Notes under the pieces: model-generated
Database searches by the model: none
What the model was told of the DNA's origin: nothing
Seen by the model: only the letters and a program-made list of their open reading frames with translations
Part shown: positions 1-14,300 of the stretch, piece by piece
Position numbering within the stretch: the stretch's first letter is position 1
Layout: each line of letters begins with the position of its first letter
Assembly (NCBI GenBank): GCA_043228905.1
Contig: JBHGNT010000007.1
Coordinates: 17,298,001-17,362,000 of the forward strand
Direction: 5' to 3'
DNA: 64,000 bases
Source: Azolla caroliniana
Lineage: Eukaryota; Plantae; Polypodiophyta
Position numbers and translations under genes: made by a program

Positions 1-3000
1 TTCGCTCTCGTCTGAGTTGGTTGTCTCCAACTCGTCTTCGGTCTTCTCGCCCTTGATGGCGTCATCTTCCCCATGCGTGGTTGGCTTCGGCTTTCTCCTT
101 CGGCTGCTCCCCTTCTGTTCGCTTTCAGACTTTTCTGCAGGTCCGCCCTCGGCTTCTTCAGCCGATCCGAAGTCGAACTCGGCAATCGAGTCAACCGACT
201 CGGTGGTGTCGCGGTCTCCGCTCCTTTCCTGTTGTCTTGCTTGGTCGTTCGGGACTGTTCTCCCCCTCAAGTTTGGCACGTCGAGGTGACATAATCCGAG
301 CGCACCTGAGAATTGCCACAACTTGTCCAGACCAAGAGGCTTGGTGAAGATGTCGGCAGTTTGCCGATCCGTCGGAACGTACTGAAGTTCGACTTCACCG
401 GAAAGGACACACTCACGGACGAAGTGGTAGTGCACCTAAATGTGCTTGGTCCGTGCGTGGAAAACGAGGTTTTTAGCGAGCTGGATGCTGCTGAGGTTGT
501 CGCAGTAGATCGTCGTCGGATCTGACACCTCCTCTCGCAGGTCCTTAAGTAGCCGCTTCAACCATATGGCTTCGCATGTCGCGACAGCCGCTCCTCGGTA
601 CTCAGCTTCGGTGCTCGACAATGCAACTGTCGGCTGCTTCTTACTGCTCCACGCGATCGCGGCACTCCCGAGGGAGAACGCGTATCCGGACGTGGATCGG
701 CGATCAGCGGCGTTGCCAGCCCAATCAACATTGGTGTAGCCGACTAACTGCGCGGCTGCACCGGTCCGATATAGCAGTCCCCAGTCCTTAGTGTCGTTGA
801 CATACCGAAGTATGCATTGCGCACACTGAAGGTGCTCCTCGGTAGGTCGCGCCATGAACTGACTGATCATTCCGACCGGATAACTGAGGTCGGGTCGGGT
901 GATGGTCAAGTATATGAGGCTTCCGACAATTTGTCGGAACCTCGTCGGGTCGCATACCTTTCCCGTATCGGGACGAAACTTGACGTTTCTGTCTAGAGGA
1001 GTCGAGACGGACTTACAGTCGGCCATCCCGAGTTTGAAGAGCATACTCAGCATGTAATGACGTTGGCTGATCAATATGCCTTCGGGGGTACGGATCACTT
1101 CGATCCCGAGGAAGTAATGAAGGTCCCCCAGATCCTTCATGTCGAACGATGCCGCAAGTTGGAGCTTCACGCGGTCGATTTCATCTAGGTCGGCGCCAGC
1201 GATGACCAAGTCATCAACATATAGTAAAATACTAACCGGTCTGAGTCGACCTTTCCGGATGAACAGGGAAGAGTCTGATTTTGACGTGACGAAGCCCATC
1301 CGATGCAGTTGTTGCGTGATCTTCGCATTCCAGGCATGCGGGGCTTGCTTCAGTCCGTAAAGGGACTTCTTCAGTCGGCATACTGCCGAGGAGTTCGTTC
1401 CAGAGTGAAATCCGGGGGGTTGTACCATGTACACCTGTTCCTCAAGGTCACCTTGCAGGAACGCATTCTTTACATCCATTTGATGTAAGTGTTGCCCCTT
1501 CACCGCAGCTACTGCAAGCAAAACACGGACGGTCGTCATTTTCGCGACCGGCGCAAACATCTCATCGTAGTCGATGCCGTGTTTCTGCGCGTACCCCTTT
1601 GCCACTAGCCGAGCCTTGTACCGGTTGACCGAGCCATCGGTGTTGTACTTGACTTTGTACACCCACCTACACCCGATCGGCTTCACACCCTTCGGTGCGT
1701 CAACCAGGTCCCAGGTCTCGTTCTCTGCCAATGCGTGCATCTCTTCTTCCATTGCGGCACACCAAGTCGCGTCTTTAGCCGCTTCTGCGTAGCTCTTCGG
1801 CTCACGCACTTCCGCTATACGGGTCATGTACGCATAATGATGCGCCATGTACTCGTTGTATCCGAACCGCAAAACAGGGTTCTTCTGGCGGGTAGATCGG
1901 CATAATCTCACATTAGCCGATGTCGAGGCCTTCTCGATCGACGCAGACTTCACCTTTAAAGTCCCGTCACCGGTTCCCTCGGAGTCGGACTCGCGTCGGT
2001 TTGACTCGTTCCTATCCGTGTCGGAATCCGACACCTTCTTCTTCCCTTTCTCTTTGCACGTAAGCCGTCTCCTCGGCTTCCTACGCGGGGAATGCACGGC
2101 CGAGTCTCCACTACTCGCCGGCTCTTCATCAGGCTGGTTGTACTGACTCAGTCGTCCAATCGGTCCACTTAAATGGAGTGAAATCGGACTCTCTTCGCGG
2201 GTCTCGATTTCGGGCTCATCCGGAGGCATCTCGGCCTCGCTGACCTCATCGTCAGAGCTCGGATTGGAGTCGGGGGCTGGTACCAGGATGCGGACTCATC
2301 AAACACAATGTCGCGGCTAACACGCGCTTGTTTGGTGCGAGGGTTATAGCACTTATAACCCTTCTGCTCGTTCGAGTAACCGGCCAAGATGCATTTCTCG
2401 GCCTTTGCGTCCAACTTCCTCCTTTTCTCCTTCGGTACATGCACCTACGCAATGCTACCGAACACCCTCAAGTGTCGCAAGTTCGGCTTCGTTCCGAAAT
2501 ATAGCTCGTGCGCCGACACTTTGTCTCCGATCTGGTTCTGGATGTATACCGCGGTCCTTACCGCCTCGGCCTAGTAGAACTTGGGCAAGCTCTTCTCCTC
2601 CAACATTGCCTGTGCCGCTTCCACAACTGACCGATTCTTCCTCTCAGCCACGTCGTTCTGCTCCGGCGTGTATCTACAACTGAATTCGCGCCGAATTCTC
2701 ATTTGTTGTAGATAACCGTTGAATTGACCAGAAAAGTACTCTTTCCCGCCATCCGACCGCAAGCAATTGATCTTTCGTCCCATTTCCGTTTCCACGAACC
2801 CTTTGAGGTCCCGAAAACAATCGAAGACTTCGCTCTTCCTCTCAATGAGGTAGATCCACGTGTGCCGCGTGTGGTTGTCGATGAAGGAGACGAAATATCG
2901 GCTCCCGCCAAGACTAACGTTTTGTGTCGGCCCCCATACATCGGAGTGTATAAGGTTGAGCTTGTTCCAGCTCCGATTTCGCTCGTTGGGGAAAGGAAGT

Positions 3001-4547
3001 CGGTGTTGCTTCCCGAGCTGGCAGGCTTCACAAATTTGTGCCTTTCGGCCACTAAATTTGGGCAATCCGAACACTACCTGTTTCGATTGCAGATCTTGAA
3101 GCCGTTGGTAGTTGACGTGGCCTATCCGCTTGTGCCACAAGTCGATGTCCGACTCGGTTTTTTGTCCCTTCGCGAACATTGCGGTGCCGCCGTCAGTGGA
3201 GTCGAGGATGAACATCCTCCCGTCTCTGCGCCCTTGCGCAATCACACGACCTTCTTCCTCAATGAAGCACCCGAGGTGTGTAAACCGAACCTCCATCCCT
3301 TGGTCGACGATCTGTCCGACCGAGACCAAGTTCTTCGTGATTGTCTGAACGTGCAACACGTTCATGAGTTTCCCTTTCTGCCCGACATGGCTAAGGGGAA
3401 CTTCTCCGACATTCACGATCGGATGTGGAGTGTCGTCTCCAGTTGCGACTACTCCAGGTTGTATCGGTTTTTCAAGGTACGAGAACCACTCCTTATGGCT
3501 CGTCATGTGGTTTGACGCGCCAGAGTCTACGTACCACACCTCGTCCGATCTCGGGGTGGTTCGTTTCATTGAGTTTGCTTCGTGTCTCGTCACGAAGGCA
3601 GACCCTTCTCCGGCTCTCCCGGAGTCTTCGGCGTAGTGGGATCGCTGCCGATTTCCCTTGTCGGTATGTCCGAAGCCGTTTCCGGAACCGGTTCTCTACA
3701 AATCGGTGCGCTTCTTCCAGCACTCACTTTCCCTATGGCCTTTCTTGCCACAGTACCAGCACTCCGCGATGACCTTCCCTTGCCGGTTCTCATCGCTTCG
3801 ACTCCCCCTGTTTCCGGAGGGTCCGGAGTTGCTGTCGGCATCACTTCGGTGCCTTCTTCCTTGATCTCGTCGGCCGCCTCCATTGCGCGCCGACTCGCCT
3901 CGTCCTCCACATCCACGGGGCCTATCTCCCTCCGTGTACAGCATTTTGTTGTTGGTGTGCGTGCTTGTAGACGCACTCGCGTGGTTCTCCTCTACCAGGA
4001 GCATTGACTGTAAGTCGAAAAAGGATGGCGTATTCTCCCGAGTACACACAGTCGTTCGGAACGCTCCGAACTTCGACGCCAAACCTCCGAGACAAATCTG
4101 GACCATCTCGCTCTCCTCGATGTTCACCTCTATGGAGGCGAGGGAGTCGCAGATATCCTTGATCTTCGAGGTATAGTCCGCCACTGACAAGTCGCGTTGT
4201 CGTAGGTTGCTCAACTCCTGTCGGAGCTGAAGCTTCCTGGCTGTGGTGCTCGCGGCGAAAATCTTCTTCAGATTTTCCCACGCACCCTTCGGCGTCTTTG
4301 CATCCCGAACATAGCTCAATAGTTGTTCCCCCACACACGACGCGAAGCAGTATAATACCTTGCTCGCCAATTGCTCCCACGACGAGAAGTCTTTGTGTGT
4401 CAATTTGGGTGCCGCGTCATTAGCTCCTTCGACATAACTCCAGTAGTCGTGCCCGAGTAGGTACTGGTGCATCTTGTAGGACCAAGACGCGTAGTTGGTT
4501 CTGTCGAGCTTCTTTGTTGGAAGCGAGCTCGCCATGCCTCTATCCAT
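1..4547 (-). pseudogene. copia gag-pol polyprotein, disrupted
   Basis: ORF pieces 3696-4547, 2571-3593, 2169-2444 and 436-2229 are separated by stops or frameshifts. After the TAG at 436-438 the frame continues as VHYHFVRE...ADIFTKPLG...LRG and stays open to base 1. Confidence 0.93.
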
Positions 4548-4607
4548 CGTTCTTCTGGTTCTTCTTCGTCAAGGCGTGTCGGCTGCAGAGAGGTTCTCAA
4601 CCCTCGC

Positions 4608-4619
4608 GCTCTGATACCA
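4608..4619 (-). promoter_or_regulatory. primer binding site, tRNA-iMet
   Basis: TGGTATCAGAGC on the minus strand next to the LTR CA end. Confidence 0.92.
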
Positions 4620-5049
4620 TGTAAAAAGTAGCGTGCGGAAGCAAGTGTGAAGACCGAACAGATGGAAGAAAACTCAGGTTTAATGGAGAGCTTGAGCTTA
4701 CGCAATATACGTGGGAGAGACAGAGAGAGTGAGAGAGAGAACACACAAGAACTATATTCAACCTCTATTCACGACTCTATACATATGTGTGTTCAATGAA
4801 AACTTTTATACAAGTCCTAGAAGGACTGACAGTACTTCAATGCTCATTGAGAGCTCCTACACTAACTCCCAAACATATTCCTCACGGAATATCTTTCCTA
4901 ACGGCCTCCCGGTTTTCGCACCGATCCGGCCCTATCTACGCACCGGTCTGCGTACCGGTTTACGCATTCGGCCTAACCAATCGGTCCCAACCGATCCGGT
5001 CCTCGGCTTCTTCAGCCGATCCGGCCGATGTTGAGCTTGTCTCTCAACA
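4620..5049 (-). repeat. 5' LTR of copia copy 1
   Basis: TG...CA termini (sense TGTTGAGAGACAAGCTCAAC...TTTTTACA), directly followed by the PBS. Confidence 0.85.
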
Positions 5050-6082
5050 ATAACAAATAGAAAAAGCTATGATATCGTGAACATAGGGTGATGGCAAGTG
5101 GGGGGGTTTTAGACCCCCACACTTTTGGTGGACAAGTACCCTTCTTTGATTGGTTTCTGTGCAAAGTTTTGCCATGGCCAATGTCTAGAGTGGCACAACC
5201 CATTACCTTTTCACCTAATCCCTCGAATGAGAAGATGGGAACTTCTATTATGACATGTTAGATGGTAGAGAATGCATCCCTCGTCATCGAAGGGGCACTG
5301 ATGACGAATACGTTGAGGATCTCACAAGTCATGAAACCTTTTCTTTCCTAGGAGTTTAGGTCCACAAGGTAGATAATATTCATGCAATGACAAGATCATG
5401 GGACTCTCTGCCACACGAGTCGACGAGTCGTGGGGTGGTCCTCGGGCCATGCAATCCAATGCAAGGACCATGAATGGCTCCTTCAGTGGACAAAGACAAA
5501 AAATACACGAGCCCTTTGGACATATTCGAATCCCTCTGCTTTTTCTTGTCTTTGTACGCAAATACAGGTCCATCGGGATGATGATGATGGTGATGCATTG
5601 GACATATTACGTTCTCCTAACTCTTTCGTCAATCACAAGCTCGTTGCCAAACTCGTTTTGGTTGCTTTTCTTGGCCACCTCCTCTTCGTTTTGCGTTTCT
5701 CTCCAGATGCTTCTTCCTTTCGTTACATGTGCCGCTGACGTTTTCTTTTTTCTTGACCTCGTGGCTTTTCTTGACTGCTCGGTCTCCTTGACTTGCTCTC
5801 TTGTGCGAGGAGCCTTTTTTGCTTTCTTGACTTTTCTTGACCGCTCGCTCTCATTGACTTGCTCCTCGGTGTGAAGAGCCTTTCACTTTATTGTTTTTTT
5901 TTTGTGTGTGTGTGTGTGTGTGTGGTCCATTGACTTTTTCTTGACCGCGTGGGTCTCCTTGACTCGCTACTCAATGTGTGAAACGGCCTTTTGATTTCTT
6001 GACTTTTCTTTCATTTGATTTCTTGACTTTTGCCCCAAAGTTCTCTTCACGTTTACAGTTTACTAAAAGACTCAGAAGCCCT

Positions 6083-6109
6083 TAACCCTAACCCTAACCC
6101 TAACCCTAA
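6083..6109 (+). repeat. (TAACCC)4 telomere-like / telobox-like tract in the upstream or 5' UTR region of the DUF676 gene
   Basis: taaccctaaccctaaccctaaccctaa about 120 bp upstream of the ATG at 6232. Confidence 0.6.
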
Positions 6110-6231
6110 TGTCCATGCTCGAAGCTGCAGGGGTAACCTAGAAACCTGAAGAAATTCTGTCTCAGTTTTCCATTACAGAGAAACCCCGTATCTCATTCGC
6201 CTGCAGATAAACAGAAACACCATCATATTTC

Positions 6232-9200
6232 ATGGCGAACCTTGATCCTGTGCCATCCACTTGTGCAGGCTGTTTCTGCTGTTTGAGAAGTCCTAGCAAC
6301 CTTACCATCTCTGAAGACGTTAACCCTAATCCTACGAAGAGGTATCGGACTCCCCTTGATTATCTATTTTCTGTTTTTTTGTTTTTTTTTGTACTTGTCA
6401 ATCATCATCCGAATGACATTCTCTCATCATTCTCTCTAACAAAAATGAATATTTCTCTCTTCAATGGTAGATGGATTTGAGCTTTTCCCGTGCCATTCTG
6501 TACAGTTTTGTTTTTTCAATTCCTCTCCCAAATGCTTACAACATTATCTAAACAATAGAGTCTTCATGGCCTTTAAAGTCTACCTCTGCTCATTTTCCTG
6601 GAGAAAGACGATTCATTTTTTCATTTTTCTGTTTTTTGAGCAGAAACTTCAGGTCTTTACTTCGTCATTTCCAGGAAAAATCTCCATCGGCGTCATCTTC
6701 TTCTTCCTCCTCCTCCTCCTCCTCATCGTCATCATCATCAAAACATGAAGCCACAGGTCCCGCGAAACATCTCGTTTTCATGGTGAACGGGATAGTAGGC
6801 AGGTTCACACTTATTCGCAAACTCTCCATTTCATTGACAACATTGAATAGCTAGTTTTTGTAATGTCTGATTATGTGCCATCACTCTTTCTGCTTCTATA
6901 GAATGGATTTTCTTCGTAATTTCTTTGCTTTGTTTTGTTTGAAGTAACAAATTTTCTTCGTAATTTTAAGTAGTGATCGTGACATCTAAACTGTGAAAGG
7001 GGTACACAATCTTGACCAGGTTGTGTTGATGATAAGCTATAACCATAGCTTACCTTGGATGTGTTGAGCTGAAAAAACTACGTATAAAAGATACTGAGAC
7101 TGTGTATTAGACCATGCCATATCTATGATCTCTAGGGTCTTTGTGCGTTAGACGCTTCTTGCTTATTACATTATCAGAAATGTTGAAAATCTTGTCTTTT
7201 AAGTTTCTTATCATGGTTCTGCATCTAAGTCATGAACAGATTGAAGAGATATTGTTGATGGTTGATTACATAATGTTTCCTCTTTCTCTTTCTCTTCTAG
7301 ATCTTTCAAGGTTTGTGTTCCTGATGATTCCATGCAATCATTCTCAGCTATAACGAAAATTGGTTTCTGTATTTTGCTTTTTCTTAAACATGTGAAACGT
7401 CTCTTGGAGCCAGAGCCATTTTGTCTCTGTCTGAAAATCATTTCAATACAATGTATCTCTGGTGAGACTCTGCAGATCACAATGCCATCTTATATATATA
7501 TTTCCTCAAATGAGCCTAAGCTTCCTCTACTTCCTCAAATGCCCTTGGTCAACACTCCAGGAACATCACAGATTCCCTGGTTCTTTTAAGTTTGTCCTAA
7601 TCAAACGCATGCATTGAGGTGAGTTCACACTGTATACTGGTCACATTATATGTGAACCGTTTTTCTTTTTCTTATTGCCAGTGCTAGTGACTGGAAATTC
7701 ACAGCTAAACACTTCAAGTCTAGGTTTGGAAGTGAGGTCCTTGTGCACTGTGAGTGTAGTCAACTTTCTATGCAAATTCATTTTTGTTCTAGCTTTTTGG
7801 TCTGCCAAAAGTCAAGAATAAGTGGATACTTTGTTTTGCAGGTAGTAGTTGCAATTCAGCAAATTTGACATTTGATGGAGTTGATGTTATGGGGCGTAGA
7901 CTTGTGGAGGAGGTATATATAAAATGCACTATTGTAAAAAATTTATTAAAGAAAGAAGTAAATTTTGAATTTGATCTAAAACACTTTGTTGGTCTCTATT
8001 AGGTGCATGAGTATTGAGTGTAATCACAACAATGTTTACACTATATAATGCCCAGTAAATACAGGCTCAATCACATTTCTTGTTTATGGGCCATAGATTT
8101 GTAGAGTAGCTATGCGTCAAACACAATATTTCAAAGAAAGGTGTAAAAACAGAAATTGTAAACACTTGTTGGTCTCTTCATTTGTGGTGATGTATTCTGT
8201 GCATGGGTATTGGACGTGCAGTAAATGTTAGGCTCGATCACATTTTCTTGTTTATGAACCATAGACTTGTAGTGAAGCTATGCCTCAAATTAAACTTGAA
8301 CTAAACATTTTCTGGGTCTCTTTATGGCAATATATTATGTGGTCGAGAATTGGGCATGTCATATATGCTATTTTTTCTTCATTTTGATGAGCCCGGTAAA
8401 TTTTTAACTCAATTATATCTTTACTTTACCTTTCGCACTTTTCTATTCTATGTCATTATTCACCTGAATATAAAGGTCAACTCCACCTAAATGTGTGCTT
8501 TATTCATGACCTAACTTTCAAAAACAGGTAAAAGGCATTGTTAAGGATTCACCTAGTTTGGAATCTATATCAATTGTTGCCCACTCATTGGGTGGATTGG
8601 TTGCAAGATATGCTATAGGACAAGTGTATAAACCACCAATCAGTTTATCATCAAGCAATGGATCTGATACAGAAACTCCTCAGGAACATTCTTCACCTGG
8701 AACAGTTTTTGGTTTGAAACCAATAAATTTCATAACTGTTGCAACACCTCATATTGGATCCCGAGGAAATTGGCAGGTGAGATTGCCATTGGTTTAATCA
8801 ATCTTTTGGGAAAACTCTGAAATACTCTTGAGAGTTTTTCTTTACTTATCTTAAGCAATTATAAGGTCGGGCACTCTCCATTATTCCACCTCTTGCATTA
8901 AGAACCAATTTGATCTAAACCTGTATTACCATCTGATTCTGCTTTCATGTTGACAGTTTCCATTATTGTGTGGCTTGAGGTTTCTAGAGAATGCAGCTGT
9001 TGTAAGTGCACATTGGTTTGTGGGAAGGACGGGAAAGCATCTCTTCCTTACTGATGGAAATGAGAAACATGCTCCCTTATTACAACGCATGGTCTCTGAT
9101 TGTGAAGAAGGACAGTTCATGTACGTAAAATTTGCTTAATGTTTATAGGTTATAAAGATTACTTGTGCATCCATGTTTATTGTCTTTTAAATTTTGCAGT

Positions 9201-11312
9201 TCTGCATTACAGGCATTTCAGTGCAGGGTTGCATATGCCAATGCTAACTATGACAGTATCCTTTCTAGGATGGTGCGATTTTATAGTCATTTTCCTTACT
9301 GTGGTGGTACTCGTTAACCTTCACTGGCATTAAGGTATCGTTGGTTGGAGAACTGCTACATTTAGACGTGCACACGAAATGCCTCAGGTTTTTCCTCTTG
9401 TTCAGAGTTCAGGATTTGTACCATGGCTAAACTTGAAATGTTTTCTAATAAAACTTTTCAATCATAGTTGAGAATGAAGCCAATGGATAACAAATATCCA
9501 CATGTCATTTATGTTGAAGATGTTCTACCTGAAGGGAGTGACATCAAAAGACGGGCCAAGGACCCAGTTGAAGGTATTAAAACATGTCAGGGCAGCGATT
9601 ATAGAGGATTATGTATTCACAGTATGATGTTTGTGATGCCTACATGTCTCTGATTATGGTTTTATATATATATATATAAATTAGCCGCTTATGCAATGGC
9701 TTTCCTTTTCCATCTTCATTGCGAGAAATCCTGGCTGATTATGGTTTTATTTATTTATATATATAAATTAACCGCTTATGCAATGGGTTTCCTTTTCTCC
9801 ATCTTCATTGCCAGAAATCTTGGCATCCTTGTTGAAATACTAGTACTAGTTCTCTGCACTAAAAGGTCATTGGACCAGTTGACCAGTAACTTATTAGTGT
9901 GGCAAAAGTTTGAATTTCATATAATGCACTTAATTTCTTATTAAACATCAAACATGAACAAGATAGTCAATAAAGTGTGAAAATTCAAAGAAGAACAGGA
10001 GTAGCATTTGAAATGGGACACATCAATTGATGTGAAGTCAAAAAAACAGAATTTCATGAATAAAAACATACAAATGCCAATTACTTCTCCAAATGATCGC
10101 TTTGGACAAACTATACCAGGCTCTATATTTCATGTTTTGAATTTGAATGAGCTCTTAGATTGACCATACTGTTGAGAGTTGATATTGTCCTTTGAGGTTA
10201 GTAGGCACTAGGAATTAAGAAAATACACTTCAGAAGATATGAAGCACAGGAACACATTGTACACTATATTATCTGCATTTTATCTTTCTCATGGTACTTT
10301 TATCCAGATAGATTAAATGTTCATCTTTTCTGTACTTCGCTATGAACCACAATCAGCCTCTAGTAGGAAATAACAAATGGTGATTCAACTCCTAGTAGGT
10401 TGATTACATTGCTACAGATGCAGCAAATTCTCTCTTTGTTAATTTCAATTCTAATCTGCAGAAGAGATCATATGTGGGCTAAGAAAGTTATCTTGGCGAA
10501 GAGTTGATGTCAGCTTTTCAGGAACTCCCCAAAAGCTAACTGCACACAACACAATTCAGGTATTTTCCCCAACTTAAGTTAAAATTTTCAGTTGACATGC
10601 AAAAAGTTACATGACATATCATGCAAAAACACAATGTGATGCACGGTTGGTCTATTGATGATCATAAACACTTGATCTATAGTTAAGGTAGATCTTCAAG
10701 AGAGGGATGTGTATTGTGATTGATTACGAAATGAAAAGTCAGTATTGTATTACAGATCGTGTTTGTGAAAAGTTGGCTGTTTTGTATGGACAAAGGAGTA
10801 TATATGTATGAGAACGAGCATTGCAAAGAGCTGTATTTAGACACTTTATGGTCTTTTAGTGTGAACATAGAGTATTCCTCAGCACTCTGAATTTATGGCA
10901 ATGCTCACTGATGTCTATATATAGACAGGACCAAACTCAAGTCAAATGTAAAATGGTTGCACGTAGAAAATGGTTTAAGAATCCCTAGATCTACAACATC
11001 TCTAGCTCTTGTATTGTTGTTTGTAACTGCGAAGAATTTGCAATGTATTATAACTTACAGAGGTCAGCTAACATTGTTTATTATTAGATAACATACAACT
11101 TGCATGATTTCCTTCATGAATTTAAAGGCATTACAACTTACACGTCATTTTCCTGATATGTTGAATTCTCTGTTGTATTGTGTACCTCCTCACCGTATTA
11201 CATGAAACTTGGCTCACTTACTATTTACATTCCTGTGCAGGTGAAGCATAACTGCTTGCATTATGATGGGGCTGATGTGATTTCTCATATGATCGACAAT
11301 TTTGTGTTGTGA
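6232..11312 (+). CDS. DUF676 lipase-like alpha/beta hydrolase, 11 exons: 6232-6341, 6644-6802, 7682-7749, 7842-7912, 8528-8776, 8957-9120, 9200-9255, 9335-9387, 9468-9573, 10462-10559, 11241-11312
   Basis: GT-AG introns join in frame. Motifs: HLVFMVNGIVGS, TFDGVDVMGRRL, nucleophile elbow AHSLGGLVARYAIG, FITVATPHIGSRG, RVAYANANYDSIVGWRTA, WRRVDVSF, AHNTIQVK, then TGA. Confidence 0.93.
9256..9334 (+). other. U12-type (minor spliceosome) GT-AG intron
   Basis: 5' site GTATCCTTT matches the U12 consensus. Branch-like CCTTCAC lies about 10 nt before the AG, and there is no polypyrimidine tract. Confidence 0.8.
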
Positions 11313-14300
11313 CACACCTTACATCAATTTATTATTATTTCCCAACATGGACAATTTTGTATTATGATGGTGGTAACAAAATTTTACTACAAAGCACAAA
11401 GTGCAGTGAGTAATCATCATAGTATATCATATGCATATATATCCACATGGAAACCAAATGAAATTGCTAAAATGTGCTGCAATGTTTAGGCTTTAGGATT
11501 CATATGACCATCAATGTTATCAATGTGATGCCTACCTAAATCCAATATCATTGATGTTATCATGAATATGGTACTGCCTAATTCTGACCAGCATATGTAA
11601 CACCATTGATACATTAGACCTCATACTCCATCTACTTTTTAAATTAAGATTCAAAGGAACCTACTTATGAAAAGCTGTATACTGCCATGAATAACAGATC
11701 GCTTTAATGTATATGATTTGTGTGACCAATTGAAAGCATTCTTCTGCACTTATTCTATTTGATCAAACCAGTAAACTGTGATGATCAAATAATCCCAATA
11801 ATCAAACAATGGTATGAATAGTGAAAGGTGATGCATAGTGCTGTCTATTAAAACTAGATTGTGAAACCTTATAAAAGTGGAATTCTCCTATTCTTCATCC
11901 TAGTTATATTAAATATAAATACAATGATCAAACAGCAGTATGTAGACATAAATACTAAAGGTTGCAATTCATTCTAGAAATAGGGGAAGGTGTTGCACAA
12001 AGTCAAAGACTATTGAGACATTGTGTTAAATGTCAAGGAATGTGTGCAAATGTAAAATAGAATAAGACTAATGCCTTATAAAGGTGGATTTCTCCTATTC
12101 GTCTTGGATGTTCTATCCATCATGCTTGATGGATCCTTGAGGTACGAAAAGAAGGCTCATGTTGTATGATACCTCAGTCACCCTCGAAGGATGAGGGTGC
12201 TCCCATAGTTCAATCCATGAATATGCATTATCAAATGCTCTAGCTATCACATCTAGCCCAAAATTTACTAGTGTAAAATACAAGTGTGGAGGTATAATTT
12301 ATCATACTTGTTGGCTTTATGATAGAGCAAGCTTTGAAGCATTGCTACCATTAGATAGAAGTGTTGTCCTTCAATGGTTTTATTGACTCTCCCATCAAGT
12401 ATCCTCTAGATGAGCCCATATAAACTTTGAATAACCTTTATAAATTTGGTGGTGTAGTATTTGAGATAGACTCATTTGACATAAATTTTTTTTTGCCTCT
12501 CCTCCCAATAGGAACTTTTAGGTGACTTCCCTTGCATTAATTAGTTGGATATAAAAAAGAAATGGCTTTATAATAACATTATTTCGAGAACATGTAGCTA
12601 ATATACTCATGCTATCATAATTCTTGCTTGAATTTTGTAATACTTAATACGTTTGTCTTATGCTATCAAACCATATAATCTAAGACTGGCCCTCTTTGTA
12701 TTAACTGTAAGGTATTCAAAATCATGTTATATCAACACATCCTAACCATGAACCTACATGCCTACAATTTGGAGCGAAATCTTCCTAGAGGCCATTATCT
12801 AGGTTGTTGCATCTCTTTATAATCATTTTGTACAATGCCAATAAATGTGGAAAATACGGTTTTGTATTGCCAAAAATCCGTCAAGTAATAACAATTTTAG
12901 GAAAAATAAGAACTAAGAAATTTTGCAGCCATTTATACCACAATTTTTACCACTTCTTCTTTTGTTTTTTGGAAGACCAAATGCACACAAATTCCAAGAG
13001 TATGGCCATCAATTCCGTATCTAATCATCTTGAAGCATACATAGATTAATGCAAAAAGAGGGTCTAAAATACCCAATAATCATGATTCTTTGCTAGTAAA
13101 AGATGAGAATCTTTCCACAATAGTGTTGAAGCAACTATTGTTTGAGGTTGATATGAAATGTTTAAAATGGATCTATATTTGTATATCTTCATTCTCTCAT
13201 TTGCTAGTTTCTTCATTAATCTACTCTTAGTCGACAATAATCAAGTTGACATCTCTAAAATCAAGGCAATGCTCCTAGCTTATGCACATGAAACTTCATA
13301 TATATGTGAGCTACCTTTGTAGGGATAAATGTTTCATTGCTCTTTCACCCTTGCATTGCACATAGGGAATCACTTGAGGGTAGGATACAACCTCACTATC
13401 AATAATCTTGTGAGGAATCAAGCCTTACATCAAACTATTAAATAAAACCAAGTAGTGAACATATTATATGCCCCATTCACACCAATGGGTATGTTGTAGT
13501 TGCATAGCCATGCATGTACACTCATTTCATTGTGCATCATAGAGATTGGCCCCATATTGTTATCTACCACTTGGACCACCTTAGTAATTGTTTTTCTATT
13601 GCCAACTCTCTTATTTAGTAAACTTTCTCCATCACATGCCCTCTTATTCATTAAAATTTCACCCACCTCTAGATTGGACAATTAGGCTATGCTCATCTTG
13701 TATTAATGATTTATATCATAGGTCAATTTTGACCTTCTAACATTTATCTCTCTTTCACCAACATTCCTCTCTTGGTGCAAGATAGTTGAAGTTTGAACCT
13801 TGCATTTTTAGAAAACTCTAGGTACAAGGTGTTCTATGTCTTCGCCTTTGGCTTCAATATGACAAAGTCATATTGGTGTTCACATGATAAACATTCTTTG
13901 GTTCTGGTAAAGTAAGTTGTTCATATTTGAAAGCTATCTTTAAAATTAACTATCACATCTATTTACATAATTTTATTTTATTTACCATTTGCTTAAGCCT
14001 TATGTGGCTACCAAAACATAAGGTACATTGATTTCATTTAGGGCACCCTCTACTTAGTCTAGAGGGATCTTCATGGAATAGTTCCCATGATAAGATATAG
14101 GAGGGTCCTATTATGAATATACTATGGGTTTTTTTATGTATCTAAGGCGTTAGGTTTTTACAATGTATCCTAAACACCCACCTACATCCATGAATAACTA
14201 CAAACTAATAGAATCTCAAACAAATAGTTCAATATTTGTTTGGATAGGGGCTTGAGGCACACTGGATGATCGATAAGTAATACACCTTATGTGAATATTC

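Larger units (their letters stand above)
1..5049 (-). mobile_element. Ty1/copia LTR retrotransposon (copy 1); 3' end lies outside the window
   Basis: Minus-strand order is gag (CCHC knuckle CWYCGKKGHRESEC), protease (WYVDSGASNHM), GAG-pre-integrase, integrase (HSDVWGP, LRSDGGKEY), RT (YKARLVAKGY, LLYVDD), RNase H. PBS and 5' LTR are present. Confidence 0.97.

Noticed and set aside
6083-6109. Interstitial telomere or chromosome fusion scar
   Set aside because: Only four units, located upstream of a gene. Similar short tracts occur in LTRs in this window.
12150-14300. Possible decayed coding relic on the minus strand
   Set aside because: Stops occur in all frames and no motif could be assigned with confidence.
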